Assembly: GCA_025594325.1 (NCBI GenBank)
Contig: JANHCV010000001.1
Coordinates: 4,774,001-4,838,000 of the forward strand
From: Blastocladiella emersonii ATCC 22665
Taxonomy: Eukaryota; Fungi; Blastocladiomycota
Direction of reading: 5' to 3'
Length of the DNA stretch: 64,000 nt
Within the stretch, counting starts at the first letter, position 1, and every line of letters starts with the position of its first letter. The notes below the pieces were generated by a model. It made no database searches. It was not told the DNA's origin and was given only the letters and a program-made list of their open reading frames with translations. Shown here one piece after another: positions 10,992 through 24,700 of this stretch. A program made the position numbers and the translations under genes.

Positions 10992-13900
10992 ATGACCTCC
11001 ATAATCCCATCACCATCGGTCCACTCATCGCTATTCACCACCAAGCATGTCGCCGTCGACTGGGGGCAGCTCTCGGACGTCGATCCCGACAAGTTGCGGG
11101 AGGTAAAACTCTAGCGCTCTCTTGATGCACGAAGTTGATCTAACGCGCAGCAACTGCGTTAGACTGAGGACGACGTGACGCTCGAGGAACTCTACCCGTA
11201 CCTCGTCAAGTGCAGCGTCGACCTCGAGAATGACCCGCAGGCGACCAAGGAGAACCTGCTCAAGCTGTTTCGGCTCTCGCAGCTCATCATGGAGTACGCT
11301 TACTGAATCATTCAACCGTCTCCTCGCTCGCTGACATTTTGGCACCACACAGGACCAAGCACCTGTTCCTCGAAGACGCCGAGAAGCAGATCACGGTGCT
11401 CCAGACGCAGCAGCTCGCGCGAGCGCCATCTCGCTCGACCAACCGACTCGGACCCTCCGTCTCGGGCTATGGCCTCGACCGCACCCAGTCCGCGTCGCTC
11501 CTCACGGCGCCGTCCCCAAACCGCCCGTCGGCCTCGCCGTCGCAACAGGACCTCGCGCAGCAGGAGATCACGAGCCTTCGCACTGACCTCGACACGTTTG
11601 CGCGCCAGGTGACGGATCTGCGCACGGACCTCGCCGCGGCTGAGGAGCTGGCGGCCGCCGAACGGCTCGCCGCGATGCAGCTGCGCGACGAGTTGCGCGC
11701 TGAGCGGGCCAAGGTCCGCGACGCCGAGGGCATGATGGACGCGCTGCAGGCGACGATCCGCGACCTCAAGGCCGGCCAGATCAAGTCGCTCGGGTCGCGC
11801 AAGGTCGAGGACGACCTGCGCGCAGAGCTGCGCGAGAAGAACGGCATGGTTGCGCGGTACCTCGGCGAGGTCCAGACGGTCGCGGCGCAGAACGCGGCGC
11901 TCTCGGCCGAGGTCACGCAGCTCGAGGCTGAGGTCGAGGCGGTGATTAGTGAACTTGATCGGTACGATGGCCGTGGTGGAAATTATCGTTGTCGCGGTGT
12001 TGGCTAACGCAGCCGCCCTTGAATAGCGTCACGGGCGAGAACGACGAGATCAAGGCGTACATTGCGCGGGCCGACGAGCGCGTCGAAAAGGCCGAGGCCG
12101 ACCGCGAGAACCTCGAGCGGCAGGTCAAGGAGCTGACCAAGGACATGCTCCGCCGCGGTTCGTTATGCCCATCACATCGCGCGCTCCGTGACTGATGCTG
12201 ACCGTCGATCCGACTCGCCCACAGAGGAAGCCGACCAGACACCCGCCCTTCAGGCTGAGATCGCATCGCTCAAACAGCGTCTGGTCGAGGCGCAGTTCGC
12301 AGCCGAGTCCAAGGTCGAGATCATCGAGAAGCTGCAGGGCGAGATTACCACGCTCAAGAGCGAGTCGCTGCAGCCCGCCGTCGACGACCTTCGCCGGACC
12401 ATCAGCGAGCGCGGTACGTCGGCCACATCCCTTGCGCGTTGAGCTGAGGCTAACAAAGAACGGACCGAGTAGATGAAGAGCTGGCCGAGCTCAAGCGCAA
12501 ACTTGAGGAGAGCTACCGCGACTTTGAGCTCCTGTCGCAGGACTGGCACACCGAGCTGAACCAGCGTAAGGTAGCCACACCCGCTCCACCAACGGATGCT
12601 GGCCCGTCCAAGCAGGTGGTCGCGATGCTCGAGAGCCGCATTGAGGCGCTGACGGACCGCCAGCTCTCGCTCGTCGAGCAGAACAAGCGGCTCGACAAGC
12701 TGCTCGTGGCCAAAGAGCGCGAGCTGCGCGACGTGCGGCTCGAGAACGACCAGCTGTACGCGGTCGGTGCCGCAGAGCACGCGCGGGCCGAGCTCATCCG
12801 GATCCGCGAGCAGCTCGCCCTCCGCGACGCCGACCTCGCAGCGCAGAGGGCGACCATCAACGACCTGCAGGCCGCGGCCGACGAGCTGGCCGAGGAGAAC
12901 GCCGAGTTCCGCCTCAAGTACAACCTCGGCGAGCCGCTGCCTGAGGAGCGCCGCCTGCTGGCGCGCAAGCGCGAGACCGAGGTCAGCCGCCTCAACGCCG
13001 TCAACTCGAAGCTGCTCGAGGAGATCAACTCGCTCGAGAACGAGCGCATCGAGCTCAAGCGCCAGGTCCGCCTCCAGGCCCTCGAGCGCGGCGAGCGCGC
13101 GCTCAAGCTCGGGCTCACGGTCGAGCAGCTGTACGCGCTCGAGTCGCTCGCCGACCGCATGCGATCCGACGCCAACGTGCTCTGCCTGTGCAACTCGGCC
13201 GACCTCGCCGTCGAGAACAAAGAGCTCACTGAGCACGTCAAGTCGCTGCGCAGCGAGATTGCCCGGCTTCGCCAACTCGAGGGCGAGCGCCGTAACGATG
13301 CCCGGCCCGCTTCGCCGTTTCGCCCTGCTTCGACGGCTACGACGACGCCAGTCGATCCAGTACGGCCGACTTCGCCATCATCGGCGGGCGGCGTCGTCCG
13401 AGTCACGGTCATGGAGCGCGAGGTCATGACGGACCCCGAAGGCACGGCCGCCACGGAGCCGCACCTCGAGCTTTCCGTTCCACCGCTCCATCATACATCG
13501 GCCCTATTGGTGGTCGAGGAGGAGGGCAGCTCGCAGGGCCAGTCGACCGTTCATTCTACGACGACGTCCGCCGCACCATCAACCACCCAGCTCGCTCCCA
13601 CCCCCATTGCCGCCACTAGCACTGCGGCCCCCACCTCGGTGCCGCCCTCGCGCACGGTGTCGAACCTCACCTCCTCGCTGCCCAATGGCTCGTCGGTGCA
13701 GCCCTCGGTTTCTCGATCCACGTCGGCCAGCTCGGTGCCTTTGCCGCCCGTGCCACCACCTCATGCCGTCGAGACGGCCGACGAGGAGACCATGTGCCGC
13801 CTCGACGTCGAGCACCTGCCCGCCGACCTCGCCGCAGGCGCCGCCAACCCGAGCACGGTGGCCGCGCTGTACCACTGTCTCCTCGAGACGCTCGTGGAGC

Positions 13901-16900
13901 GCGACGACCGCGCCGCCGCCGTGGCCGCGCTCGAGTCCGCCGTGGCCGCCGCCAACGCGGACGCGGCGAGCCTCGAGGCCCGCGTCGCTCAGCTGCAGTC
14001 GGCGTACGACGCGTCGCGCACCGCCATGGAGCGCAACGCCGAGCGACTGCGGGATGCCGAACACGCGCTCAGCGACGCGCGCGTCGAAGTCAACGCGTTG
14101 CGCGAAGCGCTCGCCGCGTGGGACGTTTCCGCCTCGGCCGACGCTGTCCAGTCGCGGCTCACGGAACTCACGCGGACGTACGTCTCGCAGACTGTGGAGC
14201 TGCGTGCCGTCAAGCGCAAGAACCTGATCCTCACTGGCTGGAACGAGTCGGCGCAGGCCCGCGTCGAGGCCATGGTCGCCGACCACGCGACCGTCGAGGA
14301 GGGACTGCGCAAGCAGCTCGTCGCTGCCGAGGCGCGTGTCGAGTCGCTCGAGGCCGAGAACACCAAGCTAACGGCGGACCTCGTGTCGGCGGTCCCCGAG
14401 GCCGAGCTGCGCGACGCGGAGCGGCAGCTCGCCGAGGAGACGGCGCGCCGCGCCAAGCTGGAGCTCGCGAATGCCGACCTCATGGTGCACGAGGCGGCCA
14501 ACCTTGAGCTCACGGCCAAGGTGGCCGACCTCGAGTCCAAGGTGACGGCGCTCACCGAGGCCAAGGAGTCGCTCGCGAGCCAGCTCGCGGCGTACCAGGC
14601 GCAGGTTCTCGACATGACGCGGCTCGAGGAGACGGACGCGCGGTCCAAGATCCAGGACCTGCGCCGCCAGCTCGCCGACTCGGAGGCTGCCCGTGCCCTC
14701 GCCGAGTCGCGCGCAAAGCTGCAGTCGATCCAGCGCGACGCGCTCGACCATGTCCAGAAGGAGCACCTCGCGATGATCGAGACGCTGCAGCGCAAGCTCG
14801 ACGACCTCGGCAACCAGAACTCGGCGCTCGTCGAAGCGCTCCAGTCGCGGCCGCCGTTCGCCTTGTCCGCGCCAAGCGCTGGCCCCGCCGTCGACACGGG
14901 TGAGTCGGCGGCCAAGCGCCACGACCGGTCGGTGCCGCGGATCGAGGTCGAGGCGCTGCGCCAGCAGCTCGACCACTGGCAGCGCGAGAACCGCGTGCTG
15001 ACGAACGCGAACCGCCGGTTCCGCCTCCTCCTCGCCGACCTGCAGCTCGAGTCGGACCAGACCATGCTCCTCGGCCAGGCGCACCACCAGCTCACCGACT
15101 ACGCGTCGCAGCTCGCGTCGCTCACTGTCAAGTGCGAGACGCTGACCAAGGAGAACCACGCGCTGCAGATCGCCGTCGCCGAGCACGAGGCCACGATCCA
15201 CCGCCAGGCCGAGCAGACCAAGCACCTGCGCACCTCGCTGCTTCTCCAGCGCCAGGAGCACCGACTCGTCGCGGCGTCGCTCCAGCACCGCGTCGCGCAG
15301 TCCGTGTCCAGCCTGCAGTTCCAGCGCGTCAAGGACTCGCTCGACCTGGCCATGCAGCACATTCGGCGGCTCAGTCACCCAATGCCCGCGCCGGCGGCCA
15401 CCGCCGCCGCCGATGGCGAGAGCGGCGCGACGGCTGCGACGGTGACGGAGCTGCGCATCGAGAACCTGCGCCTGTCGCGGCAGATCCAGGAGCTGCAGAA
15501 TCTGCACGAGTTCAAGGCGCGCGAGCTCGAGCACCTGCACCGCACGCTGACCGACACCGAGAAGTCGTACCTCGAGCTCATCAGCGTCCACGACGCGGCG
15601 CGCGCCGAGTATTCGCACCGCGAGGGCCAGCTCCAGGACGAGCTCCGCGCGGTCCGCGACCGCCTGGCCATGGTCACGGCCAACGACCCCGCCAACAAGC
15701 GCATGGCCGAGCAGCTGAGCGCGGCCGAGCTCCAGATCATGCACCTGTCGAGCGAGTGCGACTTCAAGACCAAGACGATCGCGCGGCTCGAGGAGCAGGC
15801 GGCCGCGCTCGACGCGCAGGTCCGCAAACTCGATGCCACGCTGATCCAGTACCAGCTCCACGGCGTCGACGCCGCCGCGTCGCGCGACCGCGGGGCCGAT
15901 GCACGCGCAGGCACGTCACGGTCCGAGACCATGCCGCTCGCCGTCGCGCAGCAGCTCGTGGGCGGTCTTCAGGCGCAGCTGCGCGGGCGGCAGAAGCAGA
16001 TCGAGGCACTCGAGGCGTCGCAGGCGCGACTCGTCGCGCAGCTCAAGGACATTTCGTCCAAGGCGCGCCGCGAGTCGCTCACGCTGCACCACCAGCTGGC
16101 CGACACGGGCCGCGACCGCGACCGTGCGCACGAGCAGCTCAGCGCTGCAAACACGGCCATCGAGTCGTACCAGGAGCAGTTGCGCCAGGCGCTCGCGGCG
16201 CAGGCGGTGGGCGGGTCGCGGACGGGTCTCGGCGGCATGGTACAGGAGTCCGAAGAGAGCGCCGACGGGAGCGGCGAGCCGATGCGCGACGCGAACACTC
16301 TCGGGAGCGCCAAGAGCCTTATCTCGTCGCTCTCGGGCTCGCAGGCGGCGCTGATGCGCGGGACCTCGCTCACTGCGCTCCTCGACCAGCAGCAGGAGCA
16401 GTTCGCTGCGCTGCTCGCCGAACGCGACCAGGCCATGGTGGCGGTCCAGCACCAGCTGGAGCGCGAGCGGGTCGGCGCGCAGCAGGCCAAGCACGAGGCC
16501 GAGGCGCGGCACGCCGAGCTCGAGTCGCAGATCCAGCACCGCGAGCAGCTCATTTCCGAGCTCGAAGCCGCGTTGCGCGAGAGCGTGCCGCGGCAAGACT
16601 ACCACGACGTGCAGCAGCAGCTGGTCGAGCAGCGCCAGGCCGTCGAGACGCTCAAGCGCCGCGAGCAGGCGCTGCAGCGCGTCATCGACCAGCTGCGCAG
16701 CGACCTCGTCGAGACCACGGCGCGCGAGATGGAGGCCCAGCGCGGACAGCGCCGCATGCAGCTCCTCGACCAGGGCGCCCGCGAGGCACGCGAGGCTCAC
16801 CAGGCGTGCGCCAAGTGCGAGGACCTGGCGAACCAGCTGCGTGAGCAAAAAGACCGCCACGGTACGTGTTTCTGCTTGGCCATGACCATCGTGTTCCCTT

Positions 16901-17877
16901 TGCTCACTATCATCGCGAATGTAGCTCGCGCCATCACGCTCAAGGGCGTCCAGATCCGCAAGCTCGAGGCCAAGTTGGCTGAGGTCGAGAACCTCAAGGA
17001 CGCGGCCGAGAAGGCGCTACTCGACGTGCAGTCGCCGGCCAAGTCGGCGCAGCAGTACTCGCTCGCGCAGGCCATGCGCGACGCCGAACACCAGCTCAAG
17101 GCGCAGCGTGACCAGCTCGAAAAGGCGACGCGGCGCGCCGACAAGGCCGAGGCCAAGGTACACGCGCTCGAGTCGGACCTCGAGAAGGCCAAGCTGCGCG
17201 CGTCAACGCATGCGGCCGCCGCGTCAGCCTCGACGCGTCGAGAGGCCCAGCGCGAGCACGTGGACGACGACGGCCGCGTCAGTGCGCCCGCCGACACGGA
17301 GCCCAAGTCGCCGTCCATGCTCGTGACGCAGCTGCAGGCGACGGTGCGCGACCTGCAGTCCAAGCTGACGGCCACGGTGCAGGCACGGGCTGCCGCGACC
17401 AAGGAGGTGCGCACGCTCCGCGACCAGGTCGCTGAGCTGCAGCGGCAGCTGGAGCAGGGCGACGCGAACCACGAGGCCGCGCTGGCCAACGTCACGGCGG
17501 CCGTGATCCGCGCGCAAAAGGACGAGCGGCGGGCCAAGCGGCAGGCGGCGGCGGCGGACCAGCGGGCCGAGGAGGCCCGCGAGGCCGTGGCGCGGCTCGA
17601 GAAGACGGTCCAGCAGCTCCAGCAGCAGCTCGCGATGCGCGCGCGGGTCGGGGGTGGCGCGGGGCGTCAGCGGCAGAAGCAGGAGGCGCAGCCGACGATG
17701 AGCGTGATTCCGCCCGCGCTGCTCGAGGAGCTCGAGGACCTCAAGGCCAACTACGAGCAGTCGGTCGAGCTCAACCTTGTGTACGAGCAGGAGCTCGCAC
17801 GACTTGGGGGAGACGCCGAGTCGCTGCGGCGAGCCATGCTCGAACAGCGGGAGCCGCAATCTGCGCAGGCGGACTGA
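10992..17877 (+). CDS. CEP290: Centrosomal/transition-zone protein CEP290 orthologue (about 8 exons)
   Basis: N-term VDWGQLSDVDPDKL...KENLLKLFRLSQLIME resembles human INWKEIMKVDPDDL...VIHLFRITQSLMK; LENERIELKRQVRLQALERGERALKLGLT resembles LEEERLDLKKKIRQMAQERGKRSATSGLT; C-term EELEDLKANYEQSVELNLVYE resembles EEIEDLKYNYKEEVKKNILLE; long coiled coil; exact start codon uncertain. Confidence 0.88.
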
Positions 17878-18024
17878 TCAGTGTTTGGCGACGCAATATA
17901 GAGACGGTGTACACGCAAGAAAAAAAAAACAAACAGGGGGCAACTGTATATTATATGCAGGAGCCCGTGGGTCGGCGGGCGCGCGCGCTGAGCGTTCCGC
18001 ACGAGTCGGGCCGGGTGGGGCGCC

Positions 18025-18809
18025 TTAACGGAGGCGGCGGGCCTCGCGCTCGGACTCGAGAAGGGTGAGGATGTCGCCCTCCTTGACGGGGCCCTTGACG
18101 TTGCGGATGATCGAGCGGGACTCGTCGTCGAGGAACTCGACGCGGACCTGGGTGACGCCACCGCGGGAGCCGGTGCGGCCGAGGACCTTGGTGACCTTGG
18201 CGAGCTTGATGCCAGACTGCTTAGCGTCCTATTGATCAGCGGGCGGCAGGAGCCGGACGTCAGCCACTCGTTCGGCACCGACACGGTGTGTCCGTGAGAC
18301 GGCCGCTCGCGCCACACACGGCACGACTGCCAGTTTCACATCCACGGCGACGGAGACGATCACCACGGCGACGACAACGACGACGACGAGCTGTCTGCAA
18401 AAACGGACATAGCTCCGCTTCAGCGACAGGACAGCGCTTCGCGAAAGATGCCGCGGCGGCACGCGAACGAGTAGGCGACGGACTGACGCAACGAGAAATC
18501 GGCCAGAGGTCCACCTTACCCGTCGTTCGCAGCGACTCGTCCAGCGCAGGTTCCGAGCGTGCAGAGTGCCAGGAGCAACGGGCTCGACTGTAGCACGGCG
18601 TTCGGAGTGGACGGTGGTCGGGAATCGTCTCGAGACAGTCGACGGTCGCAGTGAGCACGCCAAGCCATCCGCATAGTCGCATGGCGGGGTGTCCGTTTCG
18701 TCGTCCCGGTCGTCATCCCCGTCGCGGTGGTCGGTCACATCGTCGTGGCATCGTGTTACATGGCAGTGGTGTGTGTGCGGGCAGCGGCCGTAGCGGGCCA
18801 ACATGCCAT
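18025..18809 (-). CDS. RPS28: 40S ribosomal protein S28 (eS28); inferred ATG-only first exon, 578-bp intron
   Basis: Exon 18025-18228 = [67 protein letters not shown]; preceded by CTGAT branch point and AG; best initiator is ACAACATG|GCATGT at 18807-18809 (inferred). Confidence 0.9.
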
Positions 18810-19383
18810 GTTGTTGAGTTCGGCTGGGCGAGAGGATTAACGGCGTTGGGCGGTGCGGCGGACTCGACACAGAGAGAAAAACGAGCTCGACGCCACGCAC
18901 GTGCGTGCCTCGCACCTAATCCGGCGGCGCCACAGAGTCTCGCACCCCGCGAGATCGCGTCGCTTCTCGCGCTTCCGTCACTCGTCCGCGCTCTCCCCAT
19001 CGTCCTCTCGCTGCCGTCACCCTGCGGCTGCGCTCCACGTAAACTCATGTAACTTCTGCCCGACGCTCGGTGCAACGCGATCCCGCTGCTCAGCGATACC
19101 CGGCACCGACATCAGCCCCGTCCTGTTGCTCCCGGAATCCTCGGTCAGCAACCTTGTTCGGGCACCGCCTCGTTTGCCGATCCCGCCGCTCCTACGGACC
19201 GCTGATCATGCGAGCGCGCTCGGTCTCTCGGCAAACCTTGTTCCCGAGGCATGCTCGCCGCTGATCGTCCGCTCCAAGCTCCTCCCGACCTTACCCTTCT
19301 CCCCGACTCTGCCACCATACCCTGCCCTGCCCTGCCCATTCTACCCCGACCCAGCACAAGCTCGTTGACCGAGACTCGACGCA

Positions 19384-21454
19384 ATGCAGAACGCCGACCC
19401 ACCACCCAACGACAAGGGTACCTCGCTGCGCCGCCCAACCTCGCCCGTCCCGCTCGCTAACGCGTCCGATCTCCTGTTAGGGCTCCGCGAGTTCATCTTG
19501 CAAGTCGACCAGGCCGATGAGCAGCGGACCTCGGAGCTCGTCTTCATCGACAACCCCGTCCGCGGCGGGACGTGGAAGGTCGCGTGGATGGCCTTTTGCT
19601 TCTTGCTCCTCTTCATCGCCTTGTACGTTGATCATGTAACGGGATCTCCACCAGCAGTCGTTTAACCCCCTATCGTGTAGCAACGTCGCCCAGTCGACCG
19701 TGACCACGCTATACCCCGACCATGGCTTCTACTCGCTCGCCCTCATCTACTCGGCGCTCCTCGTCGGCTCGCTGGTCGCGCCGAAACTCATCCCGCGACA
19801 CCTGCGGTCACCGCGCCTCGTCTTCTTCCTCGCCGGCCTCGCCTACTCGTTCTTTGTCCTCAGCCTCAACCTGGGCACCACCGCGCTCCTCCTCGCCTCG
19901 GTCGGCGTCGGCCTTACCGGCAGCCTGCTGTGGATGCAGCAGGGGCTCTACGTCACGGGCGTGAGCCAGCGCGGCGGCGGGCGCATCGGCCGGCTCACGG
20001 CGCTCTTCTTCGCCGTGTTCAACATCAACATGGTCCTCGGCAACATCATCCTGCTCGCCATCGACGCGTCGGGCTACTCGAACCAGGTCATGATCTGGGT
20101 CCTCGCCTCGATCGGCGGACTCGCCACCCTGTGCTTCCTCGGCGTTCGCAACCTCCCCGCCGCCAAGCGCTCCATGCTCGAGCCGACCACTGCCCTCGGC
20201 ATCAGCCTCCTCGGCGTCGAGAGCAGCGGTCGCGGAGGCGGCGGCGGAGGCGACCGCTCGGATCGCGGCTCAATTCTCGGCGCCTCGTCCGCCGTCGCGC
20301 CCGGAACCACGCCGTTCCCTCCCGCCACGGCGGCCCGTCCGCTGACCGTCCTCGACGTGTGCCGCGCCTCGCCCATGCGCGAGCTGATCCCCATGGTCCT
20401 GTTCAACGGCATGTTTACCACGCTCATCTTCGGCAACCTGCCGCAGTACGTCGACGCGACGGCCAAACGCATCACGCCGCAGCTCGCGCTCGTCTACATC
20501 TGCTACGGGACCGCCGCCGCCCTCGGCGCGGCCGTGTGGGGCCGGCTCTTCGACAGCCGCGGCCCGCGGTTCCTCCTGACCGTGATCACGGGGCTCGGCG
20601 TTGCCGCGTTCACGGTGCTCCTCGGCGCGCTCGCGCCCGGCCCGCGTCCCGGAATCCTCGGTCTCCTCATGGCGACGAGCGCGCTGTTCGGCGCCCTCGA
20701 GACGTCGACCACGACCATGATCAACACGTGCATCTCGACGTTCGCCAAGCCGCTCCTCGGGCAGCGCGAGACGGCGACCGCCATGGCCTTCTCGCTGTAC
20801 CGCATCATGTTCTGCATCGGGTTCATCTTCATGTCGCTCGTCAGCGCGGCGATCCCGCGCAACCCGGCGACCGCGTGGATCGCCCCGCTCGTCATCAACG
20901 TGGTCGTGTTCGCCGCCGCCATCGTGTCCGGGTTCCGCCTCACGAACAAGCTGCCGACCATGATGGCGGCCGCGCGCTCGCGCATGGGCTCGACGTCGCA
21001 CGGCACCCGTATCGGGACTAGCGGCGGGTCCGCCGCCACGTCGCGCCACCCGACCACGGGCAACGACCAGACCACCGACTCGGTGTCGTACCTCGGGTTC
21101 GGCGGGAACCTCGGCGGGTACGCTGAGGCGCTCGGCGACGATTACTCGGACGCAGTCCACGGCGGCGGCGCCGGAGGCGGCAACGACGACTCGTACGCGC
21201 AAGCTGGCGGCGTCGACGTGTCCCTGCTCCCGATGCACACGGCGTCTGCGCCGCGCAGCATCAACGGGTCGACAGGGCAGGGTGGCAGTGCGCCGAGCTC
21301 GCCGACCAAGCGCATCGCCCAGCTCCTCGACACGCGGCCGCTCGAGGCGCGCGTCGTGCACCTCGCCAAGATGTCGGTCAAGCTCGTCAAGGGCGACTTT
21401 GAGAAGCTCGAGCCCGACCAGCAGGATCTCGGTGACCCGGCTGACGAGCGGTGA
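19384..21454 (+). CDS. UNC-93-like MFS membrane protein (3 exons)
   Basis: Spliced FIAFNVAQSTVTTLYPDHGFYSLALIYSALLVGS; GSLLWMQQGLYVT; multiple TM helices in two bundles; low-complexity C-tail. Confidence 0.85.
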
Positions 21455-21703
21455 GCGGACTTGGCTCACCCCGCGCGACTGAAACCATTGTTGACTTGTT
21501 GCTCTATATTGCGCTGTACTAGTACATATCTCTAACGATGACTTGCTGAGCGAGGCAACCACTTGCCGGACTTCTCCACGACTTGCTGGGCGATGCGACA
21601 AATGACGCGGTCACGCTGACTTGAAACTCGACGTGTCTTCGGCCGCGACCGAGGCGGGACTCGCCCACTTTGCCCGGCATAGCCACGCACACGGCGGGGT
21701 GAG

Positions 21704-24700
21704 ATGCTCTCCGCTCCCTGCAATGAAAATCACGAAACCGTGGCCGCACCCTACGGCGCCAAGATGCTGGACGACGACGATGCCCGGCCCTCGCTGGCCG
21801 CTCCGAACGCCATGCTGCACCTCGGCCTGCTGCTCCGGTCCAAGGGGTTCCCCGACGAGGATGGAATCCCGCTGTCGGACTCGCAGTCGCTCATAGCAGC
21901 GGCGGGGGCTCCACCTGTCGTGAAGCTCAAGCTGCACTCGACGGTCGCCAACGTGTTGTGCTCGCTCACGGCGGGTCTTCGGTGCGACTGGGTTCTCCTT
22001 TGCATGACTTCAAACGCTGAAGACCATCCACACTATTGTAGCTCGCTCGATGGCTCGGTTATGCAGCTCATCGACCTCATCGAGCGCGCGCCGCTGGACC
22101 CGCGGAGCCCGCACACCATGACGTTCCTGCTATCGCTGTTCCAGCAGGCGCACCACATCCTGCTCGAGGGCTCGACGACGGTGCACCACGGAATGTTCCA
22201 CGACCAACTACTCAACGCCATCCTGCTGCGCGCGCTACACCTCGGCCCGCCAGCCCCGCTCAGCCTGCTCGAGTTCGTCATCCGCGTCCTCGGGCCGACC
22301 GTCCCGCTGACGCTCGACCACGTCCGCCGCGTCAACGAGTACCTTTACTCGTGGTTCCCAGCGCGCACCGACGACCTCGTGTACCTTCTCGGCGCATGGC
22401 TCGGGACACCCGCGCACCTCTCCGCGTTCGTCGCCGAGTACGGGTGGTCGGACGTGCACACGCTCCTACACACGCGCCTGCCGCGGGTGCTGCCGATTGT
22501 GACGGGCCTGCTCGACTACGTGCGCGGCGGCGGCGACCCGGCGCGGCTCGATTTCCTCCAAAACGACGGCGCGCGGCTCGCGGCCGAGATCGCGCGCCGC
22601 CTGCACCGCGGGCCGGCGTGGGCCAAGACGGCGGCGCTCGCCCTCGTCGCCCTGTGCAAGCAGCCCGTCCGGGCCCCGCTCGACACGTCGCTGTACCGCA
22701 CGCGGCCCGCCGAGGGGCCACCGCCGACCCGGCTCGTACGGAATGTCAAGGTCACCCGCCCAACGGTGCCCCGCGCCCAGCAGCCCGTGCAGCGTAAGAA
22801 CACGTACCCGCCGCCCGAGCCGCGGCTCGCGCAGCACCGCGACCCGGAGCCGCTGAAGCCTGAGCCGCCGATGAAGCCCAAGCGCAAGCCGGCCGCGGAC
22901 GCGGGCAAGAGAAAGAAGGGCGCAGCCGACGGCGAAGATGACGGGAGCGAGGCCGCCGCGGAAGCCGAGGCCGAGCGCGCGGCGCGCCGTGCTGCCGCCC
23001 GCGAGACGCGGCGGATTACCATCATGCTGCGCCGGCCGTCGACGCCGGGCGTGCTCGCCGACGACCAGGTCGGCGCCATTGACCTTGACGCGCTGCACCT
23101 GGGCCTGCGCAACCGCCGCGCGAGCCGGCTGCCCGGTCTACCGGACGAGGACGAGGAGGACGGGAGCGGCGACGACCTGGATCTGGGGGACCCGGCCGAG
23201 CGCGGGTTCACGGACGCGTGCAAGCTGGTCCTGGTCGCGCTGCGCGACCGCGCCGCGTGGATCGGTCCGTTCCGCGAGCTCCTCGCGTCCAAGGACCCCG
23301 CGCTCACGGTCGCCGAGGCCCTGCTTCTCGCCGAGCGGATCCACGCCCTCCTGCTCGACGCACTCAACGAGCCGCTCTCAATCGACAAGCGGTGGGTCGA
23401 CGAGGGCGGGTGGGACGACCCGGCCGACGACGCCGAGACGACGAGCGGGACCGAGGACGTCGACTGGGACGAGGACCACGTCGACCGCGTCGTCGCCGTG
23501 TGCCTCGCCGCACTCCGCTCGCTCATCACGCACATGCGGCTCGCGCCGCCCGTGGTCTTAGGGACCGACAAGCGCAGCTCGTCCAACACGTCGCTTCAGC
23601 GCGGCGGGAGCGCCGAGACGGTCGCGCGGCCGCGGTCGCCCGCCATGTCCCGGCCGGCGACGGGGCTCGGTCGACGGGTGAGTCTCGCGCAGGATAGCGG
23701 ACCGGCAGGGTCTGGCGCTGCGAGCCCAAAACCGGTCGGCCGCCGCGTGTCCATGGCCGCCTCGTTCGCGACATCTCCCGCGACAGCGGCCTCGCCGCGC
23801 CGCGCAGGTGCTCCGCCGACCAGCGCGCTCCGGTCCGCATCCAAGCTGGGCGCCCCGCCCTCGCCGGTCCCGCTGTCCGCCATGAAGTCGAAGCGGTCGA
23901 CGGACAACCTGGGCGGGAGCACGCAGCTCGGGAAACACGCGCTGCGCGTCCCGCTCGCCGCAACGACGCTCCCGCCGCTATACCGCCAGCCGCGCGCCTC
24001 GGACCCGAACGTTGACGACGCGGGCCCCGACACGCCGACGGCCGACCACGTCCTGCACCACGCGCAGGTCAAGGCGCGGCTCGTCGACCTCGGGTTCCTG
24101 TCGACGCTCATGTCCGTCCTCGTCAAGTCGTACGCGGTGCGCGCGCTGCACCACGCCGCCGCGTGCGTCCAGGTGTACTCCGTCGACGCGGCCACTGCAG
24201 GCGTGCTGCTGTCGCTCTCGTCGGCGGACGACCCCGCGGTTTTGGGGAGCCGCACCCCGCGCCGCGGCGGGAGCGCACCGGGCAGCGGCGCCGCGAGTCC
24301 GCGCGGGATGGGCGGTGGCGGGAGTGCGTGGAGCCTCACGAGCCTGAATGCGGGAGGGAGTCGTGGAGCGAGCCGCGGCGCGTCCAACAGCGACCTCTCG
24401 TCGCTGTTCGACCTCGCTGGCGGGATCAGCTCCGACGAGCTGTACGGCGAGGCCACGGGCCGCAGGCGTGGGTCCGTCACCGCGTCGCGCCGCGTGTCCC
24501 TGTCAGCGGCGGGCGCGCGGCGGGCATCGGTCGCGGCGGGCGGCGCGTTGGCGTCGACCCCGCCCGCGGGCAAAGACGCAGCCAAGCTGGAGAAGGCCAA
24601 GTCGAAGCAGGAGGCCGCGGGCAAGGATAAGAAGAAGGCGGCGCGACCAAAGTCCGCAGCCGCGGCGACCAAGGCCAAGGACGCGACTAAGCCCGTCGAC

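Noticed and set aside
12616-17877. 1753-aa ORF as a stand-alone myosin or SMC protein
   Set aside because: No motor or ATPase motifs; it is the 3' part of CEP290 and reads through a 63-bp intron (16862-16924)
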